The notes under the pieces were generated by a model. The model did no database searches, was not told the origin of the DNA, and saw nothing but the letters and a program-made list of their open reading frames with translations. The translations under genes and the position numbers were made by a program. Shown one piece after another: positions 55,161 to 64,000 of a DNA stretch of 64,000 nt (position 1 is the first letter of the stretch; each line of letters starts with the position of its first letter). The DNA is from Octopus vulgaris (lineage: Eukaryota): positions 63,612,001 to 63,676,000 of the forward strand of contig OX597817.1 in NCBI GenBank assembly GCA_951406725.2, in the 5' to 3' direction.

Positions 55161-55237
55161 TCCCTATGGCCATTTCAGGGGTGTATTAAGTTTAAAGCAC
55201 TAGGGTGCATTCAGATAATACCTCCTTCGTCAGGGGA
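55161..55237 (-). ncRNA. Type I hammerhead motif with canonical core
   Basis: Minus: tccc-CTGACGA-aggaggtatta...taatacacccct-GAAA-tggcca-TA-ggga; palindromic helix III ATGGCCAT. Confidence 0.75.
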
Positions 55238-55318
55238 AAAAAATATATATAAACACAAAGATAGACATCACGCAACAAGCCCGTACGGTGTTGTTTGCTT
55301 TCCCACTGTGGTATATAC

Positions 55319-55369
<51 letters not shown>

Positions 55370-55459
55370 TATGTATGTGTGTATATACGTATATGTATAT
55401 ATATGTGTGTATGTGTGTGTATGTGTATGTATGTATATATATATATGAATATGTGGGTG

Positions 55460-55491
<32 letters not shown>

Positions 55492-55541
55492 GGTATAAGT
55501 GAGTCTCATTATTTACCTTAAACTCTATATATATATATATA

Positions 55542-55611
<70 letters not shown>

Positions 55612-55673
55612 TATACAATATATATATACATATATATATACATATATATATACATATATATACATGTCTACCC

Positions 55674-55729
<56 letters not shown>

Positions 55730-56852
55730 CCGAGGTAAACATTGCCCCTGCAGTGTATTCAAGGTATGAAATTGAAACCGAATAGCTTGAAATTACATCA
55801 GATAATATTGATTGTGTTTCCTGCTAAAGAAGTGAACATATACATAAAATTCTGGTGTCTTACTTGACAGTCAGAGGTGTATTATCTCAGTTTTAACACT
55901 TACGTGAAGCCGCATCATGAAAAAATTCTTGATATTTTAAAATGTGGTTAGAGCCGTTTTGGTGGAAATAAAAACGTTTTGATGATTATTGTTGTACAAC
56001 TTATGACTTGATTTTGTTTTGCTTTGTTTTGTCAATTACCTTAATAGTGATAATTACTGGGTGCAGCTGAGCTTTTTGCAGTTATTGAATGAATTACAAT
56101 GACGAACATAAAGTGTTTATTTTTATTTTTACTTTTAATAAATCTGCTATATTTAGTTAATAATTGATAAACTTTATACATACTTTTAAGTTTAGACAAT
56201 AATAGATTTAATAAATCACCCACTCTTTTACGTTTACTAAATCAGCAATTGCTTTGATAATCATCTATACTTTTAAGTTTAGTAAATAATTAATAAATTT
56301 AATTAATCAACCATACTTTTACATAGTGACTTTGTGCTTGTCTTCTCTTCAGGGAGTACAGTTTCATTAATCTGTAGCGACTGAAAACATTCAATTTTAT
56401 TCCGCCTACTTGTTCATCAATAAATATCTTGTTCGATTGACACGATTCTAGATAAAATGATAACCTATTATATCTCTTCTCTATTGTCCGCACTTGAACA
56501 AGCCTGTTCTAGTCAAGATCCATAAAAAAATGAATAAATAAATAAATAAACTAATTACGTAGTACGTCAAAATTGCTATGCGTAGTCAGGTATTTTCAAT
56601 AGAATGCTAAAATATATAGAACGACATACATCCCGGGTCTTTTTGATATGTAGCTTCTCTCATATCTGTATTTAACTGTCATTGGTTAAAGTGTAAGCCT
56701 TAGCTGGGTGTTTTGCTGCGATATTTATTGCTAAACATCTCCAAACGAATGGAGGAAACCACTTCAGTTTTCCCACACACTTGATAAGAACCTATTTCTG
56801 CTTAAGAAGCTTGCTTCCCAAACACGTGGTAGACAGCAACTGAAAGAAGCCC

Positions 56853-56912
<60 letters not shown>

Positions 56913-56987
56913 CTATGTGTGTGTGTCGCTTAAAGAATATATAGTATTTGCGAGTGGAGAGAGCTTCCGTCACTAGCTTGTGGTTGT

Positions 56988-57032
56988 CTCACACTGAGGA
57001 CAGGTAACCACTCAGAAACCTAGGTCTGTGAG
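56988..57032 (+). ncRNA. Type I hammerhead motif with canonical core and GUC site; helix II weak
   Basis: ctcaca-CTGAGGA-caggtaaccactca-GAAA-cctagg-TC-tgtgag; 6-bp helix I and palindromic ACCTAGGT. Confidence 0.7.
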
Positions 57033-57483
57033 TATCACGTAAGGCTAGAGATGAGAGCGATGACCTCCCTTGCAAATGATATACGGTCACAAACTGTGTG
57101 TTGATAGCCAGCTGGAAAAGATGTTTTCCTGGGGTTAAAATAACAGTAGTAGCATCCTTTATAGGACTGCCACATTATGTTGGCATATAAACTTTACTAA
57201 TATATATATATATGTATGTGTGTGTGTGTGTGTGTAATACAAATTGAAATGACAAGGGAATAAGAAATTATGCCATGAACATATTAGCTTGCAGCTGTCA
57301 ATGTAATAAAGTATTGTTTATTTGAAAATATTTGTATCTACACATACATACATACGCACATACATACACACATACATACATACATACATACATATATACA
57401 TACATACATACATACATACATACATACATACATACATACATACATACATACACATACATACATATATCATGAACTAACTGTTA

Positions 57484-57636
57484 GACGAAAATATTTTGAC
57501 AAATTAAATTTAAATGTTGAAGTGAATCTAACGGATTTTGACTGTGTCTTAAATGGCTTATAAACACCTTCCACGCTGCAATTGTTTTCGTTCCAGCACA
57601 CGATCTCAGATCAGGTCACTTGCTATGCAAGTACTT
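57484..57636 (+). repeat. Fragment of the 45617-45940 family
   Basis: gacgaaaatattttgacaaattaaatttaaatg...cacttgctatgcaagtac. Confidence 0.9.
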
Positions 57637-60600
57637 CACCGTGATTTGTATCTCTGCTTATTCTAATAAACGGTTTAATCAGAATATATGTATAAGCAAA
57701 ATTTACTGTAAAATCCCTTGATAGTTTCCAGATTGTAATTATAAAATATATAATTCCACTTCTACTGCATTTCCTTACTATTTTTCCAGGGATTTGCCAA
57801 CAATTTTTTTCTGGCAAGGTAGCTTAACACAAATACAACATCAAGAAAAAAATTCCATTTTAGCATGGGGACCAACAAAGGTAACCTGTGAAGTTATAGA
57901 CATACAAAACTAAACCGATATACAGAAAATGAGTTTAAGTGTCTAAGCGCCTAAATTTTGAACTGAAAGTTATAACTACCGAACTGGATGCCACTGCATA
58001 ATACCAAATGTCCCATCTACTCCTTTTAGAGTAAAGAACCAATTCTGTAACAATTTAAGTTTCAAGGGACCACAAATTTTCTCTACCTTGCCAAATAAAC
58101 TTTATACATCTAAGAGGCGTCAGTGTGAATGTATTTAAATCTTATGTCAGTATGATTGAATAGACTTGGGATTGAAGGACATTTCAACAGTAACACTCCC
58201 GAATTCTTATATCTAGAACTACTGTGTCGAATATATCCTTCCACTTTGAAGACAATAGGGTATCATTTGAAAGAAGGAGGATTTTGCTGCTATTTCTAGC
58301 GAGTCGATTATGCGCGTACATAGTATATTCATTGCTGTTAACACCACATAAGTTCAACATAAATATATATACATACGTAGGACATAAAATTTCCATCCAA
58401 TAATTCTATCGTTTATCTTTTTATCTCTCTTTTGTATTCGACCGTCAACATATCCAATGCTTTGCACACATTCAGCAATTACGTAGTTGTCACACATGCA
58501 TACATATTCACATACATAGCCACACGCACAGAAGGAAGGTAATGCAACATAGACTTCTGACACACAGACACGCATATGCGCGCTCGCGCACGCACACACA
58601 AACTTAACAAGACTTTATATATATAAATTCGACAATAACTTTTGCTTGATTACTATTCAGTCGATAAATCAGAAAAAAAGAAGAGATTCTAGCAATAACA
58701 ACTAAAAAATCGAAACCAAATACATCCCATCTGATTATTTTATTGGTGGCGCTGGTAGAAAGATTAGAGATCCGAAGCAAATCATAACAATCATTGTTAT
58801 TTCCAAAGCAATCGCAATATTTCCATTAGAATCACTGATCTATCAAGAACAATTATTGATGCAGCCATAACAATCACATACACTTGTGTTTCAAATAGAT
58901 TTCGAGTAGCACGCAGTTTAAGTACATTTGAAGAAGGACAAAGAAATGGTTTTGATTGTAATAGTAATACATTAAGTAGAAATTATCTCTCTTTATTTTA
59001 AGTGGCTCCCAGTCTTACTTCAACGTCAATCGCTAACATTAAGACTTGTCAATGGAGAAATAGTGATTTTATAACCAAGACACAAATACTTAGTTTTGAA
59101 GTTGGAATATTCTGGGTATATTCTGCTTAACTGATGAAATTTGCCGACTTAAGCTAGCATTGCATAATAATTTTTAATTGCTTTAAGTCCACTCAACAAT
59201 AAATGTGAAGTGTTTGTTAAAAATAATGCACAGTATTGTTGTTGAGTAGTTTAATGACTTTTCTATTGCATGCGTAGAGAAGGTGACGAATTTTGTGTAA
59301 TCTCGCACGCTATTTTTTTATCCCCGAATAAATAAATGTTTAAAATCGATAATAAATTAATTACTAAACGGCGAAATTCAAGTAAAATAAACGAAAGACT
59401 TAGCTTAAGCCTACAGCGGTTCATTTTCAAAGGATAAATAAAATAAAGAAAATATGGTGAAAGTTTTATTTTTTACTGTGTAACCCAGATTAATGCACTG
59501 GATTGAGTATTAGATTTAGAAAGGTTTTAAATTATAACAACTTGAATCCAATAAACTAAAGTGATGTTTAGAGACAACACATTCGAATTAAAAGAAAATC
59601 TTTTTAAGAGAAAGTAATGGCACTAGATCAAGGGAAAGCTACATTTTAATATTTTATGTAAAAAAAATTAAATACCTTATTTGCTTTACACAGCATTTGG
59701 TACTGACTGGCAAAAGCAAGTGAAGTATGTACACCTGTAGAAAACTGTTCTGTGTGAAAGATTTGCTGAAATGCATAGCAAGTTTCAAAAAGTGTCAAAA
59801 AATTGATAGCGTGTAATTTTCTCATGACATAGCATCTAAATGTAGCCATGAAATGTCAAATTTTTGTAAAGTTGAGCTAATATTACGCATTGAAGTTTTG
59901 GTATGGTTGCTTTTAGAATTACGTAAAAAATTGGGTTATTTCTATTAGAACATCTTTTTTAAATTTTCAACCAAACTAAAGATCGCTGTTATCCCTTTGC
60001 TTGTTCTCGCATTTTCATAAATTTGTTAAACGTACTTGTTTGTTTTCAGACTTTTAGGTTATACGTTCTGAGTAACATAATGCTTTCATAAGTCTCAGTC
60101 TACACTGATAGCTGTAGTGAAAACAAAGGGTAAGGATATCGTATATAATGAATGGACGCCAAGGAAATATGTCATGGGTATCACATGACACAGAGGACAA
60201 GTGAAGGTTAATGGGGAAAAACAAGGTACCAATGGGATATTTAGAAAATCCGAAGTAAAATTGACATAATTAAGTGTGAAGTAAAAATGAGAGTGAGTGG
60301 TGGAGGTAGCAACATAACCAATGATAATGTTAAATGTGTTGAAAACCTCGGTGGTTTTTCTTTTACGATTAAACAAAATTGCATTCAAGCAAGTGGATAT
60401 GTCAGAAAGCGATACCATTCTCCACATCGAACACTGATCGTCAGTTTGCTTGAACGTTTTAAAAGCCGTTCAAATAGAATAACCCATTTTTTTACGTAAT
60501 TCTAAAAACTTTTGCTTCAGGTCAAGATACTTTAAGTCAAGATACAAAATATACAAGTTTATAACGTTTGTCTGATACGTGTAAACTGAAGAGCAGCTTC

Positions 60601-60941
60601 GAATTGACAACCCATTTATAAACCCGCTATACTTAGAAAAACTTTCAATGGAAGAAAAAAGACATAGGAAATAGAATAGGCATTGAAAATGATTTTAAGT
60701 TACAATCAAAATCCCAACAAGTAGCACTGACAGAATTTGCATTGCATTATTAATGGAAAACACTCTATTAAAAGCGGAAAAGCTTTAAAGGTGTGAATGG
60801 AATTTCCAACTACATATTTCAGGGAAACAAATTTTTTTCATTATATTCGATAACAAAAATGAATTTAAATATTTAAGAGGAACCTAAATATAGAAGCTGA
60901 TATTAGGTTACAAGTACTTCACAAATATCAAGGTTCCCTAA

Positions 60942-61505
60942 GGCGGCGAGCTGGCAGAAACGTTAGCACGCCGGGCGAAATGCTTAGCGGTATTTCGTCT
61001 GCCGTTAGGTTGTGAGTTCAAATTCCGCCGAGGTCGACTTTGCCTTTCATACTTTTGGGGTCGATAAATTAAGTACCAGTTATGCCCTGGGTCGGTATAA
61101 TCGACTTAATCCGTCTGTGTCCTTGTTTGTCCCCTTGTGGGTAGTAAAGAAATAGGTATTTCGTCTGCCGTTACGTTCTGAGTTCAAATTTCGCCGAGGT
61201 CGATTTGCCTTTCATCCTTTCGGGGTCGATTAAATAAGTACCAGTTACACACTGGAGTCGATATAATCGACTTAATCCCTTTATCTGTCCTTGTTTGTCC
61301 TCTCTGTGTTTAACCCCTTGTGGATAGTGAAGAAATAGGTATTTCGTCTGTCTTTACCGTCTGAGTTCAAATTCCGCCAAGGTCGACTTTGCCTTTCATC
61401 CTTTTGGGGTCGATAAAATAAGTACCATTTGAGTTTTGGGGTAGATGTAATCGACTTACTCCCTCCTCCGAGGTTTTTGGTCTCGCACAAAAATTTGAAA
61501 CCAAT
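60942..61505 (+). mobile_element. Trimeric Meta-domain SINE
   Basis: One head, then units starting ggtatttcgtctg near 60989, 61155 and 61338. Confidence 0.92.
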
Positions 61506-62160
61506 ATAAAGGCTCTCTGCAAGCAGAAACAGACTCCATTGAAGTCACTAACCTTTATTATCTTGATTATAAAAGTGAAGTTTTCAACTCATTAAACACC
61601 TAACTTATGTGAACACGATGTTATTTTCTCAAACATCTTTCAGTTTCCGAAGACGCTCTTCCACTTTAGGAAGTCGCATGGCTGTGAAAATTTTGAGAGA
61701 TCTGGATATATTAAAGAACTTAGACCTAAAATGCTTTGATCTACACACTGAGGTCTAAACACTTTTGTGTGAAACACTTTGGTCTAATAGCCTGTGTTAT
61801 TTGCTCTTTTGTCGGAAGCCTGAATTTCTAGTGTAGTGTCGTTTCTTATTAGCATACGAATGTTAATTGCGACATCTATTTATAAAATGAAAATTAGTTC
61901 TGTCAATCTTTGACATAGGATCTTAGCACTTTGAAGGTGTCATAGGAATACCGTTCGTGATATAAGTAGTGTCTTGATCATTTTAGAGTTGAGGGATCCC
62001 ATTCCTCGTCACAGTCTATTTCTCCCAGAACGAAAGAAAAAAACAGACGGAAAGATAGTTAGACAAAGAGACGAATCCAACTCAGTATCGGATTTGTCAT
62101 TATATTTTATCGATCCCGAAAGGATGAAAGTCAAAGTGGCAATATAATAATATTAGTAAG

Positions 62161-62588
62161 GCGGCGAGCTGGCAGAATCGTTAGCACGTCGGGCGAAATG
62201 CGTAGCCTTATTTCGTCTGCCGTTACGTTTTGAGTTCAAATTCCGCCGAGATCGACTTTGCTTTTCATCCTTTCGGGGTCGATAAATTAAGTACCAGTTA
62301 CGCACAGGAGTCGATGTAATCGACTTAATCCGTTTGTCTGTCCTTGTTTGTCCTCTTTGTCTCTCCTTGTTTGTCCCCCTTGTGTGTAGTAAAGAAATAG
62401 AAATAGGTGTTTCGTCTGTCGCTACGTTCTGAGTTCAAATTCCGCCGAGGTTAACTTTGCCTTTCATCCTTTCGGGGTCGATTAAATAAGTACCAGTTAC
62501 GCACTGGGGTCGATGTAATCGACTTAATACATTTGTCTGTCCTTACTTGTCCCTCTATGTTTAGTCCCTTGTGGGCAATAAAGAATTA
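62161..62588 (+). mobile_element. Dimeric Meta-domain SINE
   Basis: Head plus two units; adjacent minus-strand fragment at 62085-62140. Confidence 0.9.
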
Positions 62589-62609
62589 AATATAATAATA
62601 GCAACTGTA

Positions 62610-63045
62610 TTTCTTTCTGATTTTGGCACGAAACCAGCAATTTTAAGAGGAGAGGAGTTAGTCAATATCGTCGACCTCAGTACTTGACTGGTATTTATTT
62701 TACCGACATCGAATGAACGAAAGTCAAAGTCGACCTCGGCGACATTCGAACCCAGGACGTAAAGAACCTGGTGTAATGCTGCTAAATATTTTGTCTGATG
62801 CAGTGATGATGCTGCTGGCTCATCACCCAAATAATCCTTTCTTTTATAGATAGGTACAAGGCCTGAAATTTTTCGGGGAATGGACTAGGCGATTACATCA
62901 ACTGGTACCTATTACATCGAACCCAAAAGGGGGGAAAGGTAAAGCTCGACCATAACGGAAATTGAACTCAGAATGCAACGAGTTGCAACAAATACTGCGA
63001 GGCACTTTGTTCGACGCTCTAACAGTTCTGCTTGTTCAACGCCTT
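62610..63045 (-). mobile_element. Two older Meta-domain SINE copies in tandem
   Basis: ctggtatttattttaccgac...aaagtcgacctcggcg and actggtacctattacatcgaacccaaaagg...ttgaactcagaa. Confidence 0.7.
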
Positions 63046-63097
63046 AACAATGACGATGAAATTGTGTTAATGTTCATTATTCTAATAAAATTAATGC

Positions 63098-63168
63098 ACA
63101 TTATTTACATTATTTACATTTGACAGATATTTGCCCTCATCTTGTTTGTTGATAACACAACGTTTCGG

Positions 63169-63220
<52 letters not shown>

Positions 63221-63428
63221 GTTGTTGTTGTTGTTGTTATTATTCAGGTCACTGCCTGGAATCGAACTCGGAATCTTGGGGTTAATAGCCAGCGCTCTTA
63301 ACCACTACGTATGCCCGTAGTGGTTAAGAGCGCTGGCTACTAACCCCAAGATTCCGAGTTCGATTCCAGGCAGTGACCTGAATAATAATAACAACAACAA
63401 CAACCAGAACAACAACCAGAACAACAAC

Positions 63429-63478
<50 letters not shown>

Positions 63479-63667
63479 TAATAACAACATCGAAAAATAC
63501 TTTTGGAATGAGAATTGGATTCTCATTCCCCAAGACACCTGATGAAGGCTGGAGGGTATATAAGCCGAAATGTTGTGTTAACAACAAACAAGATGAGGAC
63601 AAATATCTGTCAAATGTAAATAATGTAAATAATGTACATAATTCTTCATCTCTTAAATATAGAACTG
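63098..63667. mobile_element. Head-to-head inverted pair of an element built as tRNA-like head + (AAT/AAC)n + hammerhead + tail
   Basis: 63241-63309 is inverted at 63316-63384 (A box tagtggttaag, B box gagttcgattcc); 63098-63168 is inverted at 63565-63635. Confidence 0.85.
63534..63579 (+). ncRNA. Minimal type I hammerhead motif
   Basis: gacac-CTGATGA-a-ggct...agcc-GAAA-tg-TT-gtgtt; the other arm preserves palindromic GAAACGTT-gtgtt. Confidence 0.75.
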
Positions 63668-64000
63668 AAAATTAATGCAACACGAAACAACGACAACAAA
63701 AATAACGATATTGAAGCAGCAAAGATTACTGAAAACACTAAAATACATAATTTAACTGTTGTTGCTGTTGTTGTTGTTCTTACTCTTGTTTTTTCCTTGG
63801 AAATATTCAATGATAAAAACAAACTGAGCGTTTTTGTTTTTGCTTTTTAAAAAATTATAAGTAGGCCAAAGGAAAGAGAATGATACAATGTTCGAACAAA
63901 TATCTCCAGGTGAAAATCAGTGTAGGTAGTGTGGACTGCGTGAGTGTCTGTCGGTATGTGATTCTGTGTGTCTGTGTGTGTGTGTGTATGTGTGTGTATG

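Noticed and set aside
59646-60499. ORFs of 67-110 aa with a CPLC motif, possibly a transposase tail or exon
   Set aside because: No coherent domain; lengths are compatible with chance.
63316-63380. Functional tRNA gene (also SINE heads at 20945, 44987, 52380)
   Set aside because: A and B boxes are present, but the acceptor stem is not convincing and the sequence continues into repeat bodies.

Overview
AT-rich eukaryotic non-coding DNA packed with (TA)n, (TATC)n, (CA)n, (ATT)n and (CAT)n microsatellites. The SINE families resemble those of cephalopods, probably Octopus (from recall, not checked). No host protein-coding exon can be supported, and nearly all ORFs in the track are microsatellite artefacts. 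Recognisable content: many tRNA-derived SINEs (Meta-domain and CORE-like), four non-autonomous Helitrons, a decayed Tigger/pogo transposase, two maT-like Tc1/mariner remnants, MITEs, an R4/Dong-type RLE retrotransposon fragment and two Penelope-like GIY-YIG remnants. The most striking hidden signal is a set of about a dozen type I hammerhead-ribozyme motifs. Most have a tiny palindromic helix III and sit in short fold-back or retrozyme-like elements, mostly in or beside microsatellites. Their cores include C3:G8, U3:A8 and G3:C8 pairings and a recurring U4C change. One element joins a tRNA-like Pol III head to a microsatellite and a hammerhead. All ribozyme calls are by-eye structure readings; activity is untested.
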